Source: a virus (taxonomy: Duplodnaviria > Heunggongvirae > Uroviricota > Caudoviricetes). Taken from it: a stretch of DNA of 64,000 nucleotides. The stretch is taken from IMG/VR virus record IMGVR_UViG_3300011339_000564, positions 14,318 to 78,317 of that record; one strand, written 5' to 3'. The position numbers and the translations under genes are program-made. The stretch's first letter is position 1; the number at the start of each line of letters is the position of its first letter. Of this stretch, positions 1 through 9,943 are shown piece by piece. The notes beneath the pieces are model-generated. The model saw only the letters and a list, made by a program, of their open reading frames with translations. It searched no databases and was not told where the DNA came from.

Positions 1-378
1 TTTGGAGCGTCAACGTCTGTCTTTGGAAGCGCACAAAACATTAACCAATCAACCGGAAATCAATCAGTACTCACGGGAGCCGCACCAACAAATGCCGCCA
101 GCGGAGCAGACGTATTAGTAGCAAATGATAACACAGATTGGATTAACAAAAAATGGCGTCCAGTTATGGGTTGGGTGTATATGTTAACTTGCACTATGGA
201 CTTTGTTGTATTCCCTATATTATGGAGTTTACTGCAAGCATTGAGTAAAGGTAGCGTTACTATGCAATGGCAACCATTAACATTACAAGGTGCTGGTCTT
301 TACCATATTGCTATGGGTGCAGTTCTTGGTATTGCGGCTTATGGGCGTACTAAAGAAAAGATTGAAGGTAAATCATAA
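1..378 (+). CDS. 5'-partial ORF continuing from upstream of the window; the C-terminal part (166-378) has two hydrophobic helices. Membrane protein, possibly holin-like.
   Basis: Frame 1 is open from nt 1 into the 166-378 ORF. Hydrophobic segments WVYMLTCTMDFVVFPILW and LYHIAMGAVLGIAAY. Confidence 0.4.
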   Translation, partial: FGASTSVFGSAQNINQSTGNQSVLTGAAPTNAASGADVLVANDNTDWINKKWRPVMGWVYMLTCTMDFVVFPILWSLLQALSKGSVTMQWQPLTLQGAGLYHIAMGAVLGIAAYGRTKEKIEGKS

Positions 379-444
379 GTAACACTATGATAATAGATGA
401 AGTTGACCATTTGCGGTAATGGAACAATTAACTAGAAAACTAGT

Positions 445-473
445 TTGACAATTTTAATTGTATAGTATATAAT
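445..473 (+). promoter_or_regulatory. sigma70-like promoter: TTGACA (445-450), 17-nt spacer, TATAAT (468-473). The ATG at 481 lies 7 nt downstream, so the transcript is probably leaderless.
   Basis: Exact consensus hexamers with 17-nt spacing. No SD sequence before the ATG at 481. Confidence 0.55.
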
Positions 474-480
474 ATATGTT

Positions 481-849
481 ATGCATATTTTGTCAACTCA
501 ATTAAAATTCACCAAAGAACAAATACTTGAATTTGGTAAAATAACCGGAGACTCGGGGCCTATACATAGCATTGATTTAATAGTACAAGGCGGATTAATT
601 ATAAGTTGTTTACCAAAAATTCTAAATGATATTATGACTAGAGATAATATTGATGAAGGTTATACTCATAGTGTTAGTATGATTTTAGAAGCAAAATTTA
701 GAAACAAATTGCCAGCCGATACATTAGTTACTGTTGATTTTATCCGCGAAGATACTACCAAATTAATTTCCAGATTTAGTTGGCGTGTATATAGTGTAGA
801 TACTGAATATTGTTTTGGTAAATGGGTAATTTACAAAGCTAAACGTTGA
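481..849 (+). CDS. hypothetical protein (122 aa)
   Basis: ORF immediately downstream of a consensus promoter; AT-rich phage codon usage. Confidence 0.5.
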   Translation: MHILSTQLKFTKEQILEFGKITGDSGPIHSIDLIVQGGLIISCLPKILNDIMTRDNIDEGYTHSVSMILEAKFRNKLPADTLVTVDFIREDTTKLISRFSWRVYSVDTEYCFGKWVIYKAKR

Positions 850-857
850 CTTGATTA

Positions 858-1661
858 ATGGATCATTATGTAACTTTAGGGGTAAACAAAAATGCTACCC
901 CGGACGATATTAAAAAAGCATATCGCAAACTGGCAAGTAAACATCATCCCGATAAAGGGGGCGATACCGCAACGTTTCAACAAATTGAAGAAGCATATCG
1001 TATTCTCAGTGATCCACAACAACGTCAACAATATGACAATCCAATGCCACAAGGCTTTGGGCAGAATTTTAATTTTAACGGTGGACCTGATATCTTCCAA
1101 GACTTTATGAGTCAGGTGTTTAGGCAACAACATCAGCAACATCAACACCGCCAGAGACAAAAACCAGTATTTAGAACCACAGTAACTGTAACACTTGAAC
1201 AGTCATACAAAGGTGAAGAGCAAGTTATCAGACTACAAACACCTACACTTACACATGCGGCAAATATTCAAACTCCGAAAGGGGTTCATAATGGTGACCA
1301 AGTTAAATTTGATAATATCATACAAGAGGCAAGTCTTATTGTAGAGTTTAAAATTATACCACATTTAAAATATGATAGAAATGGAAATGACTTGTTATCA
1401 AATCACCCGATATCAATATTAGATTTAATTACAGGGACATCGTTTGAGTTTACTACTATTTCAGGTAAAACATTTGAAGTTACAGTTAAACCTAAAACGC
1501 AACCATTTATACAATTAAAAATTACAGGACAAGGTATGCCCATACATGGAACCAATCAGTTTGGCGACCAAATAATCTTGTTAAAACCCTATATACCTGA
1601 TATAATTGACGAATCAATTATTAACAGCATTCTACAATCTAAAAATAAGGAATCAATATGA
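858..1661 (+). CDS. J-domain co-chaperone (DnaJ/CbpA-like, no zinc finger)
   Basis: N-terminal J domain with the HPD motif (KHHPDKGG). The context YVTLGV...AYRKLA is typical of J domains. A Gly/Phe-rich linker ([15 protein letters not shown]) follows. Confidence 0.8.
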   Translation: MDHYVTLGVNKNATPDDIKKAYRKLASKHHPDKGGDTATFQQIEEAYRILSDPQQRQQYDNPMPQGFGQNFNFNGGPDIFQDFMSQVFRQQHQQHQHRQRQKPVFRTTVTVTLEQSYKGEEQVIRLQTPTLTHAANIQTPKGVHNGDQVKFDNIIQEASLIVEFKIIPHLKYDRNGNDLLSNHPISILDLITGTSFEFTTISGKTFEVTVKPKTQPFIQLKITGQGMPIHGTNQFGDQIILLKPYIPDIIDESIINSILQSKNKESI

Positions 1662-3919
1662 CAAATTCTCCGGAAATAGAAAACATTATCGAACAATCGA
1701 TTGAGTATGCCAAACAACGTAAACATCAATATGTTACAGTTGAACACTTACTTCTTGCATTAATTAATCATCCATCTTTTACTAAATGCGTAGTTGGCTT
1801 TGGCATAGATGTTGAGTCAATGTCACACGAAATCACTGGTTATTTAGATAGCTTACACGCTATTGTTTATACTGAAACTGAAGTAGTTCCACGCAAAACA
1901 AGTAGTTTAGAACGGGTTATGAATCGTTCTGTCACTCAGGTTCTATTCACCGGACGTAGACAAGTTACTACTATTGATTTGTATCTAAGTATTGCAAGTG
2001 AAGGTAACAGTCACGCACATTATTTCATGCTCAAATACGGTATGCAAAAGAATGAGTTTGTTGCGTACTGGCAAAAACACTATAAGAATGAAGGCGCCGG
2101 CAATCTTACTGAAAATCAAGCAGATGAAATTCTTGAAGAATATACTATTAACCTAAGTGAACTTGCTAGTCAAGGTAAACTTGAACCATTGATTGGTCGT
2201 GCAAAAGAACTTGATGATATTATCAATGTGCTTGCTAAACGATTTAAATCAAATGTATTGATGGTGGGTGATCCGGGTGTAGGTAAAACTGCTATTGCCG
2301 AAGGTCTTGCACAAATGATGCACGACAAACAAGTGCCTGAATTTTTAGAAGGTCATCAACTATATTCATTAGAAGTTGGTTCATTACTTGCCGGCAGCAA
2401 ATATCGCGGGGACTTTGAAGAAAAAGTCAAAGCCATTATCGATGCATTGAATACTAAAAAGAAAGCTATTTTATTCATTGACGAAGCACATACTATGCAA
2501 GGTGCAGGTTCAAGCTCCAATGGTAGTGTTGACTTTGCTAATATGATTAAACCAGCAATTACTAAAGGCACATTGAAAGTTATTGCTAGTACTACTTGGG
2601 AAGAATACTACGAAAGTTTTGAGAAGGATCGTGCATTAATGCGTAGATTCTATCGTGTCTCAATTGATGAACCAAGCAACGAATCTACTGTTCGAATTCT
2701 TTCTGGACTAAGCACACGATTGAATGACTTTCATAGTGTTGAAATTCAAGAAGATGCAATTAAAGCATCAGTTGAAATGTCAACACGATACATTCACGAC
2801 CGAAAAAATCCTGATAAAAGTATTGACTTATTGGATGCGGCTTGTGCTAAACAACGTGTTGCAGGTAATAAAGGTGCACATATTACTAAAGACTTAGTGT
2901 TTGACCAAGTAGAGAAGTTTACGGGAGTTCCTGCAGATAAGATGAAGGGTGATAATTTTGACCTTATCAATAACCTTGAGATTAATATCAAAGGTAAATT
3001 ATATGGTCAAGATGAAACCGTTCAGCAAGTGTTAGAACGTATCTATGTTAACTTTGCTGGTATCGGTAATGATACTAAACCAACAGGTAGTTTCTTGTTT
3101 TTAGGCCCAACAGGTACAGGTAAAACAGAATTGGCTAAGTTGTTAAGTAAGAACCTTGACATGCCATTGCTCAAATATGATATGAGTGAATACGGAGAAA
3201 AACATTCAGTATCTAGTTTGATCGGTCCGCCCCCTGGTTATGTTGGCTTCGGTGACAGTCAAGTCGGTGGTGGCCGTTTAATCAACGACTTAAGTAAGAA
3301 CCCACATGCTATCATGTTGTTTGATGAAGTTGAAAAAGCACACCCTGATATATTTAACATCTTCTTACAGATGTTAGACGAAGGTACTATTACAGGAAGT
3401 AATGGTAAGAAGGTTAACTGTAAGAATGCTATTATCATTATGACTAGTAACTTAGGTAGTGCCGATGGTGAGCGCAATAACATTGGTTTTGGATCACAAG
3501 ACAAGCAAGGAGAAGATGATAAAGCATTGAAAGAATTCTTTAAGCCAGAATTCAGAAATCGTGTTGATTTGATTTGCAAGTTTAACAAACTTGATAGCTT
3601 GGCTATTAAGAAAATTGTTATTAAGTTTACTGAAGATTTGAAAAAATCATTAATTGAAAAACACAATATCAATTTAGTATTGACAGAACCAGTAGTTGAG
3701 TATCTAGCTGAACAAGGGTATGACAAGAAAATGGGTGCTAGACCACTAGCACGTAAGATTGACGAATTGATTCGTGTACCACTGAGTAAAAAAGTATTGT
3801 TTGAACGCATTAAAAATGCTACTATTACTGCCAACATTGTTGGTGACACTATTGATTTTGCAGTGACACACAAATTAACAGCTAAGGTGAATGACGATGG
3901 CATTATTGAGGTCAGTTGA
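1658..3919 (+). CDS. clpA: ClpA-like ATP-dependent Clp protease ATP-binding subunit (two AAA+ modules)
   Basis: Two Walker A motifs (GDPGVGKT and GPTGTGKT). An IGF loop (NNIGFGS) sits just before [10 protein letters not shown], as in the ClpA ClpP-docking loop. At 753 aa there is no long ClpB middle domain. Confidence 0.85.
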   Translation: MTNSPEIENIIEQSIEYAKQRKHQYVTVEHLLLALINHPSFTKCVVGFGIDVESMSHEITGYLDSLHAIVYTETEVVPRKTSSLERVMNRSVTQVLFTGRRQVTTIDLYLSIASEGNSHAHYFMLKYGMQKNEFVAYWQKHYKNEGAGNLTENQADEILEEYTINLSELASQGKLEPLIGRAKELDDIINVLAKRFKSNVLMVGDPGVGKTAIAEGLAQMMHDKQVPEFLEGHQLYSLEVGSLLAGSKYRGDFEEKVKAIIDALNTKKKAILFIDEAHTMQGAGSSSNGSVDFANMIKPAITKGTLKVIASTTWEEYYESFEKDRALMRRFYRVSIDEPSNESTVRILSGLSTRLNDFHSVEIQEDAIKASVEMSTRYIHDRKNPDKSIDLLDAACAKQRVAGNKGAHITKDLVFDQVEKFTGVPADKMKGDNFDLINNLEINIKGKLYGQDETVQQVLERIYVNFAGIGNDTKPTGSFLFLGPTGTGKTELAKLLSKNLDMPLLKYDMSEYGEKHSVSSLIGPPPGYVGFGDSQVGGGRLINDLSKNPHAIMLFDEVEKAHPDIFNIFLQMLDEGTITGSNGKKVNCKNAIIIMTSNLGSADGERNNIGFGSQDKQGEDDKALKEFFKPEFRNRVDLICKFNKLDSLAIKKIVIKFTEDLKKSLIEKHNINLVLTEPVVEYLAEQGYDKKMGARPLARKIDELIRVPLSKKVLFERIKNATITANIVGDTIDFAVTHKLTAKVNDDGIIEVS

Positions 3920-4631
3920 AAATATACCCGGTGTTAATTTTTATGAACATCGGGATCAGCTTTATTATAACAAATATGAATATAGAGCTAGATTTTATCT
4001 AGTGGGAGTTCGGTATACATGGTATATCAAAGATAATATTCAGGAACTAGTTGACAAATTAAATGGCCCTGCAATAGGCTACAGCTACAGTTACATAAAT
4101 GGAGAAACCAATAGAGATGAGATTAAAGAAAATATTCCTAAATTAAAGAAATTTTTACACTGGCGTAACGAAATTAAAAAGAAGAAAAATTCTACTATAA
4201 GAGTTGAGCATAATACTGTTGCGGTGTTCAGTAATGATTTACAAGAATTACACGACATTACAAATATTATTCCTGATATTGAAATAGATATCACACAAGC
4301 ACAAACATCTAATTTTGTTGGGGTTAGGTATTTTGTGCGTAAACCAAAACATAGTTATAGAGTTTATTTAAAATCTAGGCGTATTGAGGGTTCATTTGCT
4401 AAGGATTTACATGAATTGTTTAAAAAGAACAAAAAGTTGTATCCATGCAATTCGCTTAAACATTGGGCTAAGGGTAGTGCAAGCAATACTAATATGTGGA
4501 GGTATCGTTTTAGTAGTGCTACTCACTTTATTGACTATGATGATGAGAGCACCTTAAGCTATCTAGCAATATTGCACGGAGATATGCTTGGAAAACGCTA
4601 TAAATTAGAAAAACGTCCTGATCCTATCTAA
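3891..4631 (+). CDS. hypothetical protein (246 aa)
   Basis: Long ORF that overlaps the end of the ClpA-like gene. Confidence 0.5.
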   Translation: MTMALLRSVENIPGVNFYEHRDQLYYNKYEYRARFYLVGVRYTWYIKDNIQELVDKLNGPAIGYSYSYINGETNRDEIKENIPKLKKFLHWRNEIKKKKNSTIRVEHNTVAVFSNDLQELHDITNIIPDIEIDITQAQTSNFVGVRYFVRKPKHSYRVYLKSRRIEGSFAKDLHELFKKNKKLYPCNSLKHWAKGSASNTNMWRYRFSSATHFIDYDDESTLSYLAILHGDMLGKRYKLEKRPDPI

Positions 4632-4666
4632 AATGATAAATACTCTAATAAAATGGAGTATTTACC

Positions 4667-4831
4667 ATGGCAAAGATTGTCGAAGATGTATTAGTCATCA
4701 AATTCAGTAAAATCGTTAAGGACAGCGAAGAAGGTTCTCCTATCGCTGGTTCTGATGTTCAAGCCGCATTAGAGCAAGTAGCACAGGAACTAGTTGGTTC
4801 GGGTGTTGTTGTTGAGGTTGTTCAAGCATGA
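4667..4831 (+). CDS. small acidic hypothetical protein (54 aa). It is not in the ORF track because it is under 60 aa.
   Basis: ATG at 4667 is preceded by GGAG at 4655-4658. The stop overlaps the next start (ATGA at 4828-4831). It fills an otherwise 195-nt gap. Confidence 0.4.
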   Translation: MAKIVEDVLVIKFSKIVKDSEEGSPIAGSDVQAALEQVAQELVGSGVVVEVVQA

Positions 4832-5202
4832 GCCAAACTACAACATTAATACTGTTGCCGCAAACTACATACCAGAATCCAGGTAACGGAGCACCTTACA
4901 CAGTTGTAGGGAACGCTCAACCAGCCGCTGCCTACTATCTAGGTAACAGAGACTTGCAAACAGTTAATCTTAGTTTAACTAACATGACAGGTAATATTGT
5001 AATTCAAGCTACACTATCAAATCCAGCAACACTTGATAGTCAATGGTTTGATGTATATGAATTAGATGCAAATGCTAATTCATCCGGCGATAACTCAAAC
5101 GCACAAACATATACAAATATAACAGGTAACTTTGTTTATATGAGAGCAAAGATTGTAGACTTCCAAGCTGGAGGCGTTAATTTTGTTAAGCTAAGTTATT
5201 AA
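4828..5202 (+). CDS. hypothetical protein (124 aa)
   Basis: ORF with an ATGA overlap to the upstream small ORF. Confidence 0.5.
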   Translation: MSQTTTLILLPQTTYQNPGNGAPYTVVGNAQPAAAYYLGNRDLQTVNLSLTNMTGNIVIQATLSNPATLDSQWFDVYELDANANSSGDNSNAQTYTNITGNFVYMRAKIVDFQAGGVNFVKLSY

Positions 5203-5203
5203 T

Positions 5204-6487
5204 ATGAAACAAATTGTCATTATGCCGGGAGGCTTTCATCCATTTCATGCAGGGCACGCCGCACTATATCAAAGTGCAGTGAAAGCATTTCCGAGTGCAG
5301 AAGTATATGTTGCCGCTACCAATGACACAAAAACAAGACCTTTCCCCTTTAATATCAAAGAAAAACTAGCAAAACTTGCTGGCGTAGCTCCTGGACATTT
5401 TGTACAAGTTAAAAGTCCTTTTAAAGCAGAAGAAATCACAAGTCAATATAATCCAGAAGAAGATGTATTAATTTTTGTGCGTAGTGAAAAAGATAGAACA
5501 GAACAACCTAAACCAGGTGGCACAAAGAAAGATGGTACACCTGCTTACTTTCAACCATGGACCGGTAAGAATTTACAGCCATTCAGTAAACATGCTTACA
5601 TTGCTTACTTACCAACTGTAGAGTTTGGACCTGGAATTCAGAGTGCGACTGAGATTCGCAACATGTGGCCTAAACTAAACGATAAGCGCAAGACTGCATT
5701 GGTTATGAGTTTATATCCGATAACACAGACAAATCCTAAACTTGCCGCTAACGTTGTTAAGATGTTAGATATAGGCATGGGTGAACGACAAGGTGTGGCG
5801 GAGGATAAAGAATCCGATCCAGTCACAAGTGCTGTATTAAATTTCTATAAGCCAGTAATAAATGATATCCACAAAGAAAAACTACCAGACTATGTTGACC
5901 AAGCTCGTGGATTGTTACAGAAAACAAATGATCCTGATATTCGTAGTAAATTAGTTGATATCTTTAAAAAGGGTAAAGAAAATCCATATATTCAAGGTGG
6001 CATTGTTACTACCGTTGGTGCAGTATTAGCCGGTGGTATATTAACTACAGCACAGAAGATGGGACTAAGCCCTGCACAAACTAACTTAGCATTACAAGCA
6101 ATATTGAATACAGTTATTCCTACAGTTGTTTCACGTATCAATGGTAAAAACTGGAGTGATACAATTAAGTATACATTAGCAAGTGCAGGTATAGGTACAG
6201 GTATTGCCGGCGCAAGTTTAGTAGAAAACGATCCTTGGGGAGATCAAGGTAACTTTGCAGGTGATCGACACGTTGATATTGGTGGAATTTTTACTAGACC
6301 TAAATTAGGTGTAGGTGATATGGTTAAAGTAAATGCAGGTCATTTCAAAGGCATCGGAGAGATATCAGAAATTAAAGGTGACCGTGCAGAAGTTTGGATG
6401 GACAGCTATGCTAAATCCTTCATGTTTGATTTATCTGACCTAGTAAAGTATATACCCGAATCCATAGATTACTTAGAAGAAAAATAA
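5204..6487 (+). CDS. Two-part protein. An N-terminal HxGH nucleotidyltransferase domain (NMN/NaMN adenylyltransferase-like) is followed by a GVAE motif and a Gly-rich hydrophobic C-terminal half.
   Basis: IMPGGFHPFHAGH (the (T/H)xGH motif of the cytidylyl/adenylyltransferase superfamily). RQGVAEDKE at about aa 195. Hydrophobic segment GGIVTTVGAVLAGGILTTA. Confidence 0.6.
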   Translation: MKQIVIMPGGFHPFHAGHAALYQSAVKAFPSAEVYVAATNDTKTRPFPFNIKEKLAKLAGVAPGHFVQVKSPFKAEEITSQYNPEEDVLIFVRSEKDRTEQPKPGGTKKDGTPAYFQPWTGKNLQPFSKHAYIAYLPTVEFGPGIQSATEIRNMWPKLNDKRKTALVMSLYPITQTNPKLAANVVKMLDIGMGERQGVAEDKESDPVTSAVLNFYKPVINDIHKEKLPDYVDQARGLLQKTNDPDIRSKLVDIFKKGKENPYIQGGIVTTVGAVLAGGILTTAQKMGLSPAQTNLALQAILNTVIPTVVSRINGKNWSDTIKYTLASAGIGTGIAGASLVENDPWGDQGNFAGDRHVDIGGIFTRPKLGVGDMVKVNAGHFKGIGEISEIKGDRAEVWMDSYAKSFMFDLSDLVKYIPESIDYLEEK

Positions 6488-6538
6488 TTTGACCCCCTCG
6501 ATAGAGTGTAAATATCTTTATCTTAACAAGAGGACCAA

Positions 6539-7435
6539 ATGGCAACTAAGAAAACCAAAAAAACTGAAGAAAAAACTGTACCCGTAGAAAAGGTACAGGA
6601 AATCGCTGAACAAGCGGCACAAGAACAGCAACAAGCCCCGCAACAGGGTCAAGTTCAAGTTAATGTTGACTTTCTAAAAACTACCCGTGTGCACATTGCT
6701 ATGCCATGTTACGGTGGTATGTTGACAGAATCAACATTTATGTCATTCATCAAGTGGGCTAACACAGCCCGTCAACTTGGTATTGACTGGACATTAGAAA
6801 CAATGGTTAACGAATCATTGATTAGCCGAGCACGTAATACACTAACTGCAAAGTTCTTGGACATGCCAGACGCTACTCACTTGTTCTTTGTTGACGCTGA
6901 CATTGGCTGGGAACCCTGGCATCTATTAGTTCTATTGAACCGTGATGTTGATGTTATTGGTGGACTATATCCAATGAAGACTATGCCTATTAAATGGGTA
7001 GTTAATGGTTTTGAAGGTGCAGAAGAAGGCACTGATGGCCTACAGGAAGTATCTAAAGCAGGTACCGGTTTCTTACTAATGAAGAAGCATGTATTTGACA
7101 AATTGAAGTCTCATCCTGCAGTTAAGCAGTATAAGAACGACATTGGTTTAGATCCAAGATTTGACCAACACTTAAAGACTTACTTTGATACAGCAGTTCG
7201 TCAGAATCGTTACTACAGTGAAGACTGGACATTCTGTGAAAACTGGCGTGATATAGGTGGTAAGATTTGGGTTGACAAGCGTGTACTATTACGTCACAGC
7301 GGCTCATATGTTTTCTGCCAAGAGAACCAAGAACACTTGATGAAGACTATTGGACCCATGTACGTAGACCAATTGACTCAACAAGGTATTAAGCTAGTTG
7401 ACAAAGACGGCAACGAAGCTAAAATCAACAAATAA
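6539..7435 (+). CDS. putative glycosyltransferase (DxD-type); assignment tentative
   Basis: FFVDADIGWEP contains a DXD-like motif in a predicted alpha/beta context. SD-like AAGAGGA lies upstream. Confidence 0.45.
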   Translation: MATKKTKKTEEKTVPVEKVQEIAEQAAQEQQQAPQQGQVQVNVDFLKTTRVHIAMPCYGGMLTESTFMSFIKWANTARQLGIDWTLETMVNESLISRARNTLTAKFLDMPDATHLFFVDADIGWEPWHLLVLLNRDVDVIGGLYPMKTMPIKWVVNGFEGAEEGTDGLQEVSKAGTGFLLMKKHVFDKLKSHPAVKQYKNDIGLDPRFDQHLKTYFDTAVRQNRYYSEDWTFCENWRDIGGKIWVDKRVLLRHSGSYVFCQENQEHLMKTIGPMYVDQLTQQGIKLVDKDGNEAKINK

Positions 7436-7436
7436 A

Positions 7437-7464
7437 ACAAAGCCCCGAAAGGGGCTTTTGTTTG
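7437..7464 (+). terminator. rho-independent terminator
   Basis: aaagccccgaaaggggcttttgttt: a GC stem (AGCCCC/GGGGCT) with a GAAA loop, then a T-run. Confidence 0.8.
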
Positions 7465-7475
7465 ATAAATACACT

Positions 7476-8792
7476 ATGAATTTAAAAGAACTTGATTCCT
7501 TTCGCATCTCTGACGCTATTAGTTTCCATGACAAATTGAACCCTAAGTTATGGAATAATACACGGTTGCGTCCTGAAGTAAAACAACAACTATTAATAAT
7601 AGCAGAAGATTTTTTAGAAGAATTAGGTATTAGTGGATTAGATGTAATAGACATGACTGTATCTGGTTCTAATGCCGCATTTAGTTATACACCCAACAGC
7701 GACCTAGACTTACACATATTAGTTGATATGAGTAAGTTGCCAAATGATGAAGTTTACAGAGAATTATTTACAGCAAAAAAATCATTATACAATGACAGCC
7801 ACGACATAAAAATACACGGGATACCAGTAGAGTTATATGTACAAGACGCCAGAGAACCAGTCGTAAGTCTAGGTGAGTACAGTCTCACAAATGATAACTG
7901 GCTTAAAATCCCATCAAAACGCAGAGCCAATTTTGACCAAACCGCCACCAAGACGAAATATGAAAAGTTATTAACATTAATAGAGCTAGCCCTCAAATCT
8001 AGAAAATACAGTAAAGTAAGTAACATAGCTAAAACAATTAAAAGATATAGACAATCAGGATTAGATAAGGGTGGCGAGTTTGGTCCTGAAAATCTAGCAT
8101 ACAAAGCATTAAGAGCACAGGGTTACATTACTAAGTTATACGATTTGCGTGACAAGTTACATAGTGAGAAGTTAACTATTGAAACGATGTACCAGCCCAT
8201 AAACGATGACTATGATCCAAATGGTCCTCCTCCAGGTCCCGAGTTTAAACCAACTATGCCTAAAGGTACTGTTAAAGTAGACGTAAGTGATGTATATGAT
8301 TGGTATAAGTTAGGACAACATATTAGTAATCTTAAGGGTCTAGGTAAGCACGACTTTGGTAGTGGACCTCCTAGTACTATTTTTTCATTTGGTGATGAAG
8401 ATACAGAACACCAGTACATTAAAGATTTAGAGAAGACCGGATTAACGACAACTGATATTGATCCAGTTGATCCCAAGCAACCCAAGGGTATGAAGCGTCA
8501 GAAAGTTGATCCTACATATAACGTCAATGAATACAACACTATGCAATTTGCGGCTGAAAAAACACCAGCAACAAACCCATATGGTGGTCTTAAAGATAAT
8601 CAATTTCGAGGAAGTATGTCAGAAGCAAGTGGATATATACCTTCAGAAAAACAAAAAAATGATCCTCGTTTTAGTACAGCATTGACAGTGGATGTTCATC
8701 CTGATTCAATCAAAAAGAACGCAAAAGCATTTGGATGGCTCACTAGCAGAGCCGGAATCCCTCCTACAGCGAAAGCAAACGGCAAAATCTGA
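7476..8792 (+). CDS. Pol-beta superfamily nucleotidyltransferase-domain protein (438 aa). The start is taken after the terminator; the track ORF 7398 is an upstream extension.
   Basis: GSNAAFSYTPNSDLDLHIL matches G[SG]-x9-13-D-h-D-h of minimal nucleotidyltransferases. The ATG at 7476 follows the terminator. Confidence 0.55.
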   Translation: MNLKELDSFRISDAISFHDKLNPKLWNNTRLRPEVKQQLLIIAEDFLEELGISGLDVIDMTVSGSNAAFSYTPNSDLDLHILVDMSKLPNDEVYRELFTAKKSLYNDSHDIKIHGIPVELYVQDAREPVVSLGEYSLTNDNWLKIPSKRRANFDQTATKTKYEKLLTLIELALKSRKYSKVSNIAKTIKRYRQSGLDKGGEFGPENLAYKALRAQGYITKLYDLRDKLHSEKLTIETMYQPINDDYDPNGPPPGPEFKPTMPKGTVKVDVSDVYDWYKLGQHISNLKGLGKHDFGSGPPSTIFSFGDEDTEHQYIKDLEKTGLTTTDIDPVDPKQPKGMKRQKVDPTYNVNEYNTMQFAAEKTPATNPYGGLKDNQFRGSMSEASGYIPSEKQKNDPRFSTALTVDVHPDSIKKNAKAFGWLTSRAGIPPTAKANGKI

Positions 8793-8841
8793 TGGTAAAA
8801 AATTCTCTTTTGACTAAATATAAGTATCAAGGGAATTTTCT

Positions 8842-9087
8842 ATGCCAATTGCGAATAGCTATAATAATACACCAAACGTAGTTTTAGGTCCTCCAACTAG
8901 TTCTCCACCTACAGTTGATCCGGGCGCGGCTACAGGAACTAACCCAATAGTTAGAAGACCAACTCCTACAATATCATCTAATACTGAAGTAGCAAGTAAT
9001 GCTATTCCTGAAGCAGTTCCTACTCCGACTGTTAATCTTCCCACCGCAACTAACACAACAATATTGAAGTTGTGGAAAACAGCATAA
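8842..9087 (+). CDS. Pro/Thr-rich low-complexity small protein (81 aa); coding status uncertain
   Basis: ORF with GGGAAT upstream. Low-complexity PT-rich composition. Confidence 0.3.
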   Translation: MPIANSYNNTPNVVLGPPTSSPPTVDPGAATGTNPIVRRPTPTISSNTEVASNAIPEAVPTPTVNLPTATNTTILKLWKTA

Positions 9088-9162
9088 TAAACTAACAAGT
9101 TTGGTGGAATTCCTTGTCTATATAGATTTTTGATAAATACTATATAATATTGGAATTCCATC

Positions 9163-9942
9163 ATGCGTTTTACAGAAATATCAGAATCTACAACATCAGG
9201 CTCAGTATCTACTGTAGCAATGCCACTAGGCAAAACTCAAACACGTACTCAAGTATCTGGTTTAGAACCCGTGAAAAAAGTAATGGGCGGCACTGCTAAG
9301 AAAAAAGGTCCATATGGAAATAGTCTTACTGAAGGTGCTATGAAGCAACTTTCAATGGATCTTAAAGAGTTAAAAGACGAAGAATTCAAAAAGAAATATA
9401 ATATGACTAAGCAGGAAGCCCGTACTGAATTATCTGCAAAGCCTGAACCCATCAAAGAAGCAGAACTATCTGAAGATGATATCATATTAGTTCCAGGACA
9501 GGGACGCAAAATGAAAACTGGATTTGTACCGCATGGTCAAAGTCGTGTAGACCATGAAGTAGAAATGGCACGTAGTGATTTATTCAGTGCGGCAAAGAAC
9601 GCTAAACAAGTATATGAAATGATTCATAGTGTATCTGAAGATGAGGGTCTTGAGGGCTGGGTACAAGAAAAGATTATCAAAGCCAACGACTACCTAAATA
9701 CAGTACGTGAATACTTAGAAGGTAAACAAATTCAACAAGAAGCTAGTAGTCTTACATATGAAGGTAAGATTGACTTTGCCAAAAAGATACAAAAGAATGT
9801 AGATAAGAGTAACAAAGCAGTAGTAAAGACTAGAAAAGAAGTTGGTGCAAGAATTGCTGATATTGGTGCAGGCGGCAAAGAACACAATGTTAAAACTGAC
9901 AAAGCGTGGGACGATGCACAAAAAGCAAAGAAAGCAAAATAA
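9163..9942 (+). CDS. Lys/Glu-rich hypothetical protein (259 aa), possibly virion-associated or scaffold-like
   Basis: Long charged ORF directly upstream of the giant protein gene. Confidence 0.5.
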   Translation: MRFTEISESTTSGSVSTVAMPLGKTQTRTQVSGLEPVKKVMGGTAKKKGPYGNSLTEGAMKQLSMDLKELKDEEFKKKYNMTKQEARTELSAKPEPIKEAELSEDDIILVPGQGRKMKTGFVPHGQSRVDHEVEMARSDLFSAAKNAKQVYEMIHSVSEDEGLEGWVQEKIIKANDYLNTVREYLEGKQIQQEASSLTYEGKIDFAKKIQKNVDKSNKAVVKTRKEVGARIADIGAGGKEHNVKTDKAWDDAQKAKKAK

Positions 9943-9943
9943 A

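Noticed and set aside
876-1160. Minus-strand ORFs embedded in long plus-strand genes (876-1160, 2356-2571, 3259-3903, 11215-11619, 12154-12738, 16736-16996, 17408-17647, 21415-21690, 23383-23676 and others)
   Set aside because: They lie fully inside well-supported genes on the opposite strand. They have no SD or promoter context and low-complexity translations, so they are treated as chance ORFs.
7398-7475. ORF-track N-terminal extension of the NTase gene (start 7398)
   Set aside because: The extension reads through the end of the upstream gene and its strong rho-independent terminator (7437-7464). The ATG at 7476 after the terminator is the credible start.
9842-9943. ORF-track N-terminal extension of the giant protein (start 9842)
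   Set aside because: It overlaps the last 100 nt of the upstream ORF in another frame. The ATG at 9944, immediately after that ORF's stop, is preferred.
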